A stretch of DNA of 50,873 nt, filler included, from Chloroflexota bacterium (GTDB taxonomy: Bacteria; Chloroflexota; Chloroflexia; QHBQ01), in the NCBI GenBank assembly GCA_043754535.1. It is 3 parts of 3 records of this genome, joined end to end, with 100 filler letters (N's around TTAATTAATTAA, not from the genome) between each part and the next. Parts side by side here need not be neighbours in the genome. Positions count along the whole stretch, not along the records: positions 22,889 to 29,913 come from JAYUUN010000129.1; positions 30,014 to 50,873 come from JAYUUN010000130.1; 1 more part is not named here. One strand, 5' to 3'. A program made the translations under genes and the position numbers. The notes under the pieces are model-generated. The model was not told the origin of the DNA and ran no database searches. It worked only from the letters and a program-made list of their open reading frames with translations. Below are positions 28,617 through 37,148 of the stretch, piece after piece (position 1 is the first letter of the stretch; each line of letters starts with the position of its first letter).

Positions 28617-29639
28617 ATGATTAGCCCTTTGGCAGATGAGAAACTGAGAGTAGCCGTGATTGGCGTGGGGGCGATTGGTCGCAACCATGCTCGCGTCTAC
28701 AACGAGATCGAGATGGCCGACCTGGTGGCCGTCTCTGACAACGACCCGGCAACAGCAGCCCGCGTTGGCGGCCAACTGCACGTCCCCCACTACACCGACT
28801 ACCGCGAACTGCTAGAGCGCGAGAAGCCAGACGTGGTGACGGTCTCGGTGCCAACTACGCTGCACCACAAGATCGCCCTGGACGTGATCGCAGCGGGGGT
28901 TAACCTGCTGGTCGAGAAGCCGATAGCGGCAACTGAGGCCGAGGCCATTGAGATGATCGCAGCAGCGAAGGCGAAGGCGGTCAAGTTCACCGTCGGCCAC
29001 ATCGAACGCTTCAACCCTGCCATATCGGAGCTAAAGAAGCGGCTAGACGCAGGCGAACTGGGTCGCGTCTTCCAGATACACGCCCGCAGGCTCGGCCCCT
29101 TCCCCGCTCGCGTCGCCGACGTGGGGGTGGTGATTGACCTGGCAATCCACGACTACGATATTATGCGCTACCTGACTGGCAGCGAGGCCGTACGCGTCTT
29201 TGCAGAGACGGCCCGCCGCATCCACACCGGCCACGAAGACATCCTCAGCGGTCTGGTGCGCTTCCAGAGCGATGTGATTGGCGTGCTGGACATTAACTGG
29301 CTGACCCCTACCAAAATACGTGAGTTGATGGTCACGGGCGAAAAGGGTATGTTCGTCGCCAACTATATCACCCAAGATTTGTATTTCTACGAGAACGACT
29401 ATGCCCACAGCAACTGGGATGCGTTGCGGGCGATCAGCGGGGTGAGCGAGGGGGCGATGACTCGCCTGAAGATCGAGCGTAAGGAGCCGCTGCGTAACGA
29501 GATCGAGAGCTTCCTGCACGCCGTCACCGAGAACCGCGAACCAGCAGTCAGCGGCGCAGACGGACTCGCTGCACTCAAGATCGTGCAGATGATCGTGGAT
29601 GCAGGCAAGGACAGCGAAGTGAAGCAAGCTAGCAACTAG
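28617..29639 (+). CDS. Gfo/Idh/MocA oxidoreductase (WbpB-like nucleotide-sugar 3-dehydrogenase)
   Basis: VIGVGAIGRNHARV, LVEKPIA, VGHIERFNPA, DVGVVIDLAIHD, NWLTPTKIR, EPLRNEI. Confidence 0.9.
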   Translation: MISPLADEKLRVAVIGVGAIGRNHARVYNEIEMADLVAVSDNDPATAARVGGQLHVPHYTDYRELLEREKPDVVTVSVPTTLHHKIALDVIAAGVNLLVEKPIAATEAEAIEMIAAAKAKAVKFTVGHIERFNPAISELKKRLDAGELGRVFQIHARRLGPFPARVADVGVVIDLAIHDYDIMRYLTGSEAVRVFAETARRIHTGHEDILSGLVRFQSDVIGVLDINWLTPTKIRELMVTGEKGMFVANYITQDLYFYENDYAHSNWDALRAISGVSEGAMTRLKIERKEPLRNEIESFLHAVTENREPAVSGADGLAALKIVQMIVDAGKDSEVKQASN

Positions 29640-29653
29640 TCTGGAGGTAGAGA

Positions 29654-29913
29654 GTGATGTGGAATGATAGCAACAACCAATCAACAACCCATCTGGGGGT
29701 GGTGGATACGCCCCTGCCGGGCCACCTCTACGACCAGCCAGAGGAAGCCAAGCTGCAAGTGCTACCCAGCACAGCACCGCTAGCACAGGCACAGCGCAGC
29801 AATCGGCCAACCGTCCTCCTCAGCCTCGCCCTGGTGATCAGCCTGCTACTGGCGGTCGGTGGCAGCTACCTCGGCTACAACCTGGGCTTGGAGCGGGGAC
29901 GCATTGAGGGAAG
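29654..29913 (+). CDS. 5' part of a membrane-anchored hypothetical protein (continues at 50873->50266)
   Basis: GGAGG RBS and TM helix. Runs into the linker. Last 97 bp equal the reverse complement of 50777-50873. Confidence 0.8.
29817..29913. repeat. 97-bp exact inverted match to 50777-50873 (contig-end overlap)
   Basis: TCCTCAGCCTCGCCCTGGTG...CGCATTGAGGGAAG is identical to the reverse complement of the window end. Confidence 0.97.
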
Positions 29914-30013
29914 NNNNNNNNNNNNNNNNNNNNNNNNNNNNNNNNNNNNNNNNNNNNTTAATTAATTAANNNNNNNNNNNNNNNNNNNNNNNNNNNNNNN
30001 NNNNNNNNNNNNN
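29914..30013. other. Artificial contig linker
   Basis: 44 N + TTAATTAATTAA + 44 N. Confidence 0.98.
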
Positions 30014-30301
30014 GTGCGCCAGCGTGTGGAGCAGGAACGGCGTGAAGCCCTCGCCGTGCGCGACCCGTTGGCGATCAGCTACGCCTCAGAACGCTACAAG
30101 GTGATCGAGGAAGTCTTCGCCGACTATGCTGACGAACAATCGGTTGACCCCGAACGCGTCTACCTCAGTGCCAGCGAAGCAGCACGGATGCTTGGCTACA
30201 AGTCGCGGGAGATACACCTGCTGCTGCGCCTCCACCGCCTGGTCGGCCACAAGGATCGCGCTGGTAAGGAGTGGAAGGTGCCGCTCTCGGCCTGCCTCTA
30301 A
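30014..30301 (+). CDS. Protein with C-terminal excisionase/MerR-like HTH, 5'-truncated
   Basis: YLSASEAARMLGYKSREIHLLLR...LVGHKD...WKVP. Confidence 0.65.
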   Translation: MRQRVEQERREALAVRDPLAISYASERYKVIEEVFADYADEQSVDPERVYLSASEAARMLGYKSREIHLLLRLHRLVGHKDRAGKEWKVPLSACL

Positions 30302-30344
30302 CTGGCCCAAAGCTGATCTTGCTCACACATCAAGGAGACTACCT

Positions 30345-31523
30345 GTGACTATCGCTACTCGCCGCTCCTACCTCTCGCAGAAGGTTACATCCGTGCCGCC
30401 CTCTGGCATCCGCCGCTTCTTCGACATCGCGGCGACCATGAAGGAAGTAATCTCGCTTGGCATCGGCGAACCCGATTTTGTGACCCCTGCCAACATCATT
30501 GCAGCGGGCAAGCGGTCGCTGGATCAGGGCTTCACCGCCTACACCTCCAACTCTGGCATCCTAGAACTGCGCGAACTGGTCGCTGCCAACCTGCGCGACC
30601 GTTATGCGGTCAGCTACAGTGCAGAGACCGAAGTGCTGATCACCGTTGGGGTTAGTGAAGCTCTCGCCCTGGCAATGCTGGCGACAATTGACCCTGGTGA
30701 CGAGGTGATCATCCCCGAACCGTGCTTTGTCGCCTATGCGCCCTCAGTCGTCTTTGCGGGCGGTGTGCCGGTGACAGTGGCGACTGGGGCGGCCAACGAC
30801 TTCCAGGTGACCGCAGCGCAGATCGAGGCAGTCCTCAGCCCACGCACGAAGGGGATTCTGCTGGGCTACCCCAACAACCCGACTGGGGCGGTGCTAGAAC
30901 GGCAGCACATTGCCGAGATCGGTAGGCTGGCCGAGCAGCATGACTTGCTGCTCTACTCCGACGAGATTTACGACCGCCTGGTGTACGGCTTTGAACACGT
31001 CTGTGTTGCTGCCCTACCCGGCCTACGTGAACGGACTATCCTGCTAGGCGGCTTGAGCAAGAGCCACGCGATGACTGGCTGGCGGGTTGGCTACGCGGCT
31101 GCACCGGCAGAGGTATTGGGGGCGATGCGGAAGATTCACCAGTACATGATCATGAGTGCGCCGACCGTCAGCCAGTACGCTGCTATCGAGGCTCTGGCGA
31201 GCAGCGAGAGTGAGGTGGCAGTACAGGCGATGCTTGGCGAGTACGACCGCCGCCGTCGGGTAGTAGTAGACGGCTTCAACCGCATTGGCCTGGCGTGCTT
31301 CGAGCCGCGAGGGGCGTTCTACGCCTTCCCCGACATCAGCAGCACAGGGCTGGACGACGGCGTGTTCTGTGAACAGCTACTTGAGCAGCAGCACGTGGCG
31401 GTGATCCCCGGCTCTGCCTTCGGGCCGAGTGGGTCAGGCTTCGTGCGCGTTGCCTACGCCTCTAGCATGGCGAAGATCGAGGAAGCTCTAACCCGCATCG
31501 AGCGTTTCATCCGTAATGTTTGA
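30345..31523 (+). CDS. Class I/II PLP-dependent aminotransferase
   Basis: SGIRRFFD, ISLGIGEPDF, YPNNPTG, SDEIY, GLSKSHAMTGWRVGY, PRGAFYAF, GFVRVAYA. AAGGAG RBS before GTG 30345. Confidence 0.95.
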   Translation: MTIATRRSYLSQKVTSVPPSGIRRFFDIAATMKEVISLGIGEPDFVTPANIIAAGKRSLDQGFTAYTSNSGILELRELVAANLRDRYAVSYSAETEVLITVGVSEALALAMLATIDPGDEVIIPEPCFVAYAPSVVFAGGVPVTVATGAANDFQVTAAQIEAVLSPRTKGILLGYPNNPTGAVLERQHIAEIGRLAEQHDLLLYSDEIYDRLVYGFEHVCVAALPGLRERTILLGGLSKSHAMTGWRVGYAAAPAEVLGAMRKIHQYMIMSAPTVSQYAAIEALASSESEVAVQAMLGEYDRRRRVVVDGFNRIGLACFEPRGAFYAFPDISSTGLDDGVFCEQLLEQQHVAVIPGSAFGPSGSGFVRVAYASSMAKIEEALTRIERFIRNV

Positions 31524-32388
31524 GGTAGGGGACGCAACAAGTACGCCCCTCTAAACCCAGCTTGCGGGCGAGGAAGTCCAGCACCAGGCGGTTGAACTGG
31601 GCGGGCTGTTCGAGCGGGCTGAGGTGGCCCGCCTGCTTGATCGTGGCGAACTCTGCGCCAGCAATGCCAGCGACTAGCTGCTGAGCCAGGGCGGGCGGGG
31701 CTGCTACATCTTCGTCGCCAACGAGTACGAGGGTGGGGCAGCCGATGCGTGGCAGGCGGTCTGCCAGTTGCACTCCCCCTGTCACACGCATCAAGGCAGC
31801 GAGGGCGGGTGGGTCGAAGCCTTGCAGGCTGTCGAGGGCGGTTTGGGCAAGGCGGGGCTTGCGCTGCTGGCCTGCTGTGCTGATCCAGCGGTTGACCTGC
31901 GCCTCGGTTGCTGCCAGCCAGCGGTCGCCCCCAGCCAAGATTTCGTCTGCCCTTTTGTTCAGCACTGTGTTGCTCTCTGCTGGGTAGGCCGCTGCGCTAT
32001 CGGCCAAGATGAGCGCGGGCGGCTGGTAGCTGGCGGCGTAGGCAATGGCAACCATGCCGCCCATCGCCCAACCGATCAACCCTGCGTCAGGGTGACCAGT
32101 CACTTCCAGCAGGCCACGCAGGTCGCTAGCCAGCAGGTCGAAGCTGAGTTGACCGCCACCACTACCTGTGTCCGCTGGGCTGTCATTGAGGGGTAGCCAG
32201 CTAGAGCGGCCAGAGCCACGCACGTCGTAAGTGATCAGGTTGTAGACTGCGCCCAGCGGCCCGACCTGCTCGCGCCAGCTCTCGCTATACATACCGAGTG
32301 CGTGGATCAGCACTAGCCAGGGGCGACCCGCCCCCGCCTGCGGGTAGAGCTTGTAGTAGAGCGGTACGCCGTTGACTTCCTTTCGCAT
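31507..32388 (-). CDS. Alpha/beta hydrolase fold protein (PcaD-like) lacking the nucleophilic Ser
   Basis: LIHALG, YDVRGSGRS, GWAMGG at the nucleophile elbow, PTLVLVGDED, AGHLSPLEQP. GGAGG RBS. Confidence 0.88.
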   Translation of the reverse strand: MRKEVNGVPLYYKLYPQAGAGRPWLVLIHALGMYSESWREQVGPLGAVYNLITYDVRGSGRSSWLPLNDSPADTGSGGGQLSFDLLASDLRGLLEVTGHPDAGLIGWAMGGMVAIAYAASYQPPALILADSAAAYPAESNTVLNKRADEILAGGDRWLAATEAQVNRWISTAGQQRKPRLAQTALDSLQGFDPPALAALMRVTGGVQLADRLPRIGCPTLVLVGDEDVAAPPALAQQLVAGIAGAEFATIKQAGHLSPLEQPAQFNRLVLDFLARKLGLEGRTCCVPYLKHYG

Positions 32389-32404
32389 CCCGCGGCCTCC
32401 TTCT

Positions 32405-34369
32405 TCAGCTAACCTGCGCTGCCACCTCTGGCTCAACATCAAGCTCCTGGGCCAAGAGTTCGCGGCGGTACATGGCGGCGTAGCGGCCACCCTGGGTGAT
32501 CAACGCCATGTGGCTGCCCCGCTCGACCACCCGGCCATCTTCTAGCACGATGATCTGCTCGGCACCCTGCACCGTAGAGATGCGCTGGGCGATGATGATG
32601 CTGGTGCGTTTCGCCATTACCTGCTTGAGGCCGCTAAGGATTTCGGAGGCAGTCTGGGTGTCCACGCTGGATAGCGAGTCGTCCAGGATCAGGATAGCGG
32701 GGTCGCGCACTATTGCGCGGGCGATTGCGCTGCGCTGCTTCTGCCCGCCACTCAGGGTTACGCCGCGTTCGCCGATCATCGTGTCCAGGCCAGCGGGGAA
32801 CTGTTCCAAATCCTTGCTCAGGCGGGCGATCTCAACGGCTCGCCCGATTCGTTCGCGCTCGTCTGGGCTGATCTGGCGCAGTTCGCGCATCGGGTCGTCA
32901 TCCAGGTTGACGCGCAGGCTGAAGTTGGGCAGGTGGCGACCGTCGGTGACGAACAGGTTGCCTGCCTCGGCCTGACCCTGGGCGCGCAAGGCAGAGAGGC
33001 TGTGGCGGTAGTTGCTCTTGCTCTGGTCGGTGACGATCTGCTTGCCCGCGTCGGCCTCGCCCAGGCCAAAGGCGACGTTCTCGCGCAGCGGCAGGCTAAA
33101 GAGGAAGTTGTCCTGCGGCACGTAGCCAATCGCCCGCCGCAGGTCGGCCAGGGGGATCGCCCGGCTGTCCACCCCATCTATCAGGATTTGGCCCTGCTCT
33201 GGGTCATACATCCGGGTGATCAGGCCGACGATGCTGCTTTTGCCGCTGCCCGTTGCGCCGACGATTGCCAGAGTGCTACCGGCTGGCACCTGGAAGCTGA
33301 CCTCGGCCAGGGCTGGGATGCCATCGTAGGTGAGGGTGACATTGCGGAACTCGATCTCGCCCCGCACTGGGCCGCGCCAGCCGCCAGCGGCAATGCGCTC
33401 TGGCTCATCCTTGATCTGCGGCTGGCGGTGCATTACCTCGTTGATCCGCTTGAGACTAGCCGACCCCTGTTGCAGCAGAGTCATCGTCCAGCCAAGCATG
33501 ATCATCGGCCAGCCCAGTTGGGCCAGGTAGATGGTGAACTGGACGAAGCGATCCAGGCCGATATTGCCCGCCACCACCTCGCCACCGCCAACCACCAGCA
33601 CTATGGCCGTCACCACGCCGAGCAAGCCATCCAGCAGCGGCCAGAGCAAGCCGGAGAGCAGAACATAGACTAGATTGAGCTTGATGTAGGTACTGTTTTC
33701 GCCCGCAAATCGCTTGATCTCCTTCTCCTCCTGGGCGTAGGACTTGACTACGCGGATGCTGTTCAGGTTCTCCTGCACCCGCGTGGAGAGTTCGCCAAAC
33801 TGGGCCTGCACCTTCTCGAACTGGTTACGCATTCGCCCATTGAGCAGGTAGAAGACGACGGTGACGAGCGGCATCAGCAGCACGGCGATCAAGGCCAGCT
33901 TGACGCTGATCGTGAACATGGTAATCACCACGGCAGTGAAGGTGAGCGGCACCCGCAGCAGCCCAGAGAGACCAGGACCGAGCATATTGCGTATCTGGTT
34001 CAGGTCATTGGTCGCCCGTGCCATCAAGTCGCCGGTGTAGAGGTTCTTGTAGAAGTTAGCGTCCAGGCTTTGCAGGTGGAGGAAGAAGTCGCTTCGCATC
34101 TCATACTCGATCTTGCGGGAGGCGGAGGCGACGAAGTAGCGACCACCGAACTGCCCGAAGGCACTGACTGCGCCTACGCCGAGCAGCAGCCAGATGTAGT
34201 TCAGCACATTGCCGAGCGGCTGCTTCTCGCCTATCGCGTTGACCGCTGAGCCGATCAGGAAGGCAGGTAGCAGGTCGATCAAGGCGGTAAGTATCTGGCA
34301 GCCCGTACCAAGGGCGATCATTACCCAGTGGCGGCGCAGATAGGGGGAGAGGTCGCGGATAGTTTTCAC
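32405..34369 (-). CDS. ABC exporter, fused TMD-NBD (MdlA/YheI-like)
   Basis: TGDLMARATND, GATGSGKS, YVPQD, LSGGQKQR, ILILDDSLSSVD. Confidence 0.95.
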   Translation of the reverse strand: MKTIRDLSPYLRRHWVMIALGTGCQILTALIDLLPAFLIGSAVNAIGEKQPLGNVLNYIWLLLGVGAVSAFGQFGGRYFVASASRKIEYEMRSDFFLHLQSLDANFYKNLYTGDLMARATNDLNQIRNMLGPGLSGLLRVPLTFTAVVITMFTISVKLALIAVLLMPLVTVVFYLLNGRMRNQFEKVQAQFGELSTRVQENLNSIRVVKSYAQEEKEIKRFAGENSTYIKLNLVYVLLSGLLWPLLDGLLGVVTAIVLVVGGGEVVAGNIGLDRFVQFTIYLAQLGWPMIMLGWTMTLLQQGSASLKRINEVMHRQPQIKDEPERIAAGGWRGPVRGEIEFRNVTLTYDGIPALAEVSFQVPAGSTLAIVGATGSGKSSIVGLITRMYDPEQGQILIDGVDSRAIPLADLRRAIGYVPQDNFLFSLPLRENVAFGLGEADAGKQIVTDQSKSNYRHSLSALRAQGQAEAGNLFVTDGRHLPNFSLRVNLDDDPMRELRQISPDERERIGRAVEIARLSKDLEQFPAGLDTMIGERGVTLSGGQKQRSAIARAIVRDPAILILDDSLSSVDTQTASEILSGLKQVMAKRTSIIIAQRISTVQGAEQIIVLEDGRVVERGSHMALITQGGRYAAMYRRELLAQELDVEPEVAAQVS

Positions 34370-34528
34370 AAGTTAGCCTTCCTCAAGCGATAGGTTGACG
34401 GCCAATTGGTTATACCATTATCTTACCAAACTGCGCCTGCTAATCACAAGGCACAGAGCTACATCTCCGGTCTGGTTAAGGCAGGAGTTGTGCGGTTGCT
34501 TTGCCGCGTAGCTGAGCAGGCCAGGTGG

Positions 34529-35632
34529 TTAGAAGTCGCGGCCCACGGTATACCAGCCCCAAAGATTGAGCAGTCGCCTGTAGTCGCTCTCTGGCAGGAT
34601 GGTCAGTGCGTTGGCTGCATCTTCGGTGTAGCGTAGGGCAAGGAGGCGCACCTTCTCTATCGCACCGCAGGTGATCATGTAGCGCGTCACATCGGCCACA
34701 TCCTCCATGCTGGCCTTTTGGTCGCCGAGGGTGGCTAGTAGCTTGGCCCGCTGCTGTTCGTCGGCGCATTCAAGGGCGTAGCGCACGATCAGGGTGCGCT
34801 TCCCCTCGCGGATGTCGCTACCCACTGGTTTGCCCAGCTTGCTCTGGTCGCCAACGATACCGAGTACATCGTCCTGCAACTGGAAGGCGATGCCGCAGTC
34901 GCCTGCGAAGCGCACGAGGGCGCGCACGATCTCGGTCTCCTCACTACTGTCCTGCCCTACCATTGCCCCCGCCCGCGCTGCGAACTGGTAGAGAACAGCA
35001 GTCTTCTTGAACAGCATATCCAGGATTAGTGCGTCAGTCAGCGTCTCAATTGGGGCGGTAGAGAACTGCACGTCGAGCATCTCGCCTTCCAAGAGGGCTG
35101 GCTGCACAGTCATCGCCAGGTAGTCCAGCAGTTCCAGGGCTACCGCCGGACTAACTCCATCGCGCCACAGACTCGCCAGCAGGCTGTAGCTCCAACCTTG
35201 CTGCAAATCGCCCGCGAGGATGCCGACGGTAGTGCCGTAATGGGCTGCCGCCGCCGCTTGGTAGCCAAACTCGGCAGCGGAGCGGCGGGCGAAGTCAGCA
35301 TGGACGGTTGGCGCACCACGGCGGAGGTCGTCGCGGTCTATGATGTCGTCGTGAACCAACGTCCAGGTGTGGAAGACCTCGATGGCGGCAGCAGCAGCGA
35401 CCGCTCTTTGTTCCACCCCGCCTGCCGCCCCACAGCAGAGCATAGTCAGTAGTGGGCGCAACCCCTTCCCCGGCTGGCGTAGATAATTAAGAACCGCGTC
35501 GTGGATGTGGGCTGGTACGAAGCGGCTAGTGATCGCTGGGTCAAGGATACGGGCATAGGTAGCGTCGCGGCGGCTAACCCGCGCCTGCTCAAAGCGGGCG
35601 ATCTCCTCGGTGGTGGGGTTGGTAAAGGGCAA
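34529..35632 (-). CDS. Trans-polyprenyl diphosphate synthase (likely short-chain, GGPP-type)
   Basis: GKGLRP, HTWTLVHDDIIDRDDLRRG, KKTA, FQLQDDVLG, GKPVGSDIREGK. Confidence 0.95.
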   Translation of the reverse strand: MPFTNPTTEEIARFEQARVSRRDATYARILDPAITSRFVPAHIHDAVLNYLRQPGKGLRPLLTMLCCGAAGGVEQRAVAAAAAIEVFHTWTLVHDDIIDRDDLRRGAPTVHADFARRSAAEFGYQAAAAAHYGTTVGILAGDLQQGWSYSLLASLWRDGVSPAVALELLDYLAMTVQPALLEGEMLDVQFSTAPIETLTDALILDMLFKKTAVLYQFAARAGAMVGQDSSEETEIVRALVRFAGDCGIAFQLQDDVLGIVGDQSKLGKPVGSDIREGKRTLIVRYALECADEQQRAKLLATLGDQKASMEDVADVTRYMITCGAIEKVRLLALRYTEDAANALTILPESDYRRLLNLWGWYTVGRDF

Positions 35633-35663
35633 GGCAGCACTCCTTCCAGCTAGTGATAGCTGG

Positions 35664-35708
35664 ATTATAGCACAATCGCTGGGGCCGAGTAGCCGCTTAT
35701 GCTATAAT
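35664..35708. promoter_or_regulatory. Back-to-back divergent extended -10 promoters
   Basis: Minus TGTGCTATAAT at 35664-35674 and plus TGCTATAAT at 35700-35708. Confidence 0.6.
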
Positions 35709-35733
35709 AGGCACATCAAAGCTGAGGTGTCCT

Positions 35734-37026
35734 ATGAAGCGCGCAAACCTACTGCTCGGCGTGGCCTTGCTCCTACCTTACCTCTGGCTAGCGGTAACGC
35801 TCGACTCGGCTAAGAGCGATAGCGGCCACGACTTTATGGGGAATGTCTGGATACCCGGTCGCCTACTGCTGCTGGGTTACAGCCCCTACCAGCCGCCGCC
35901 AGGGGTGGCTGCTCACCTGATGAGCAGCTACCCAGAGGTAGTAGCGAACTATCGTCTGGCTGTACCTGGTGGCGGCATATTCGACGGCGGTGGAGATGAG
36001 TATCTGGGAATACTTTATCCACTCTGGCCCTTGCTGATCACGCTGCCGTTCGCCGCCCCCGACTTCCCGACTGGGCAACGCTTGTGGGCCGTAGCCACTG
36101 CACTACTGCTGGTTAGTGGCCTCGCGCTAGCGATGATGAGGTGGCGCAAGCCAACTACCACACCCCAGCAGTTCAGGCTGGCTTACGCAGGGTTGGTAGG
36201 GTGTGGAGTTCTCTACCTACCATTGTTGACCAGCCAGAACGGTGGTCAGAACGAGGGTCTGCTGGTTGGACTGATTGGTCTGCTGCTCTACGCTGACCAG
36301 CAACGGCAGGCTGGAAGCGCAGGTTGGGGCTGGGTGGCAGGTGCAGCCCTGGCTGCGCTGACGATCAAGCCGCAGATTACTGGCCTGCTGCTGTTGCTCT
36401 ATCTACTGGTCTGGCTGCGGGGCCGCCGCTGGTCGCTGCTGGTCAGCTTTGCACTGACCTCGCTTGTCCTCTATCTGCCACCCTTGCTGCTGCGGCCCAA
36501 CGACTTGGGTGATCTGCTAAATGCAATAGCTGGGCGGCAGCCTGGGCAGTTGGCGATGGCTTCGGCCTCCTGGTGGGGGGTAGCCTATGCTGTCGTGGGG
36601 CGTAATGGCTGGACGCTAGTAGCGATGAGCCTGGTAGTACTGTCGCTGCTGTTGCTGGTTGTCCCCTGGCGGCAGGCGATGCAGCATGACGATGCAGCGT
36701 CGGCCCTATCCGTAACCTTGATCGTGACAACGCTGATTAGCTCGTACATCTTTGTCTATCACGAGACGATCCTGCTGGTGGCGGTCGGGCCGCTCTGGTT
36801 GGTGGTGGCGCAGTTGTCGGGTCGTCGTCGCCTCTACTGGCTGGCCGCTCTGCTACTCTGGCAGGTGGTGCTGCCATTGCTGCTGCTGCGGGCTGGCTAT
36901 GCGCTGGGTGGTGGCTACCCATTCATCATCCAGCCGCTTGTGCTGCTGGTGATCTACTACTTCCGCCCGGTTGCTAACCAACAGGCGGCTACCCCAGCAA
37001 CCGTGCTGCCACAGGGGTCAAGTTGA
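35734..37026 (+). CDS. GT-C fold membrane glycosyltransferase (GT87-like)
   Basis: DF...W..G.....G.SPY, LYPLW....LPFA, GQNE, LTIKPQ, YIFVYHE. Many TM helices. Confidence 0.8.
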   Translation: MKRANLLLGVALLLPYLWLAVTLDSAKSDSGHDFMGNVWIPGRLLLLGYSPYQPPPGVAAHLMSSYPEVVANYRLAVPGGGIFDGGGDEYLGILYPLWPLLITLPFAAPDFPTGQRLWAVATALLLVSGLALAMMRWRKPTTTPQQFRLAYAGLVGCGVLYLPLLTSQNGGQNEGLLVGLIGLLLYADQQRQAGSAGWGWVAGAALAALTIKPQITGLLLLLYLLVWLRGRRWSLLVSFALTSLVLYLPPLLLRPNDLGDLLNAIAGRQPGQLAMASASWWGVAYAVVGRNGWTLVAMSLVVLSLLLLVVPWRQAMQHDDAASALSVTLIVTTLISSYIFVYHETILLVAVGPLWLVVAQLSGRRRLYWLAALLLWQVVLPLLLLRAGYALGGGYPFIIQPLVLLVIYYFRPVANQQAATPATVLPQGSS

Positions 37027-37148
37027 GTTCAAGGAACGTCTATGCAGGAGGGGTGTCTTCATGTTCAGCCTTATGACCCTGTTGATCAGGAACAATCATC
37101 TGTCGGATAGAGTAGTGCCACTCGTGCCGTCGTGTGGGGTGGTGCGCG

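Noticed and set aside
30014..30301. Prophage or ICE excisionase
   Set aside because: The HTH is the C-terminus of a truncated larger protein with host-like GC. No integrase, att site or phage genes are visible.
32873..33064. Intein in the ABC domain
   Set aside because: Too short, and lacks the N-terminal Cys/Ser and C-terminal His-Asn splice motifs.
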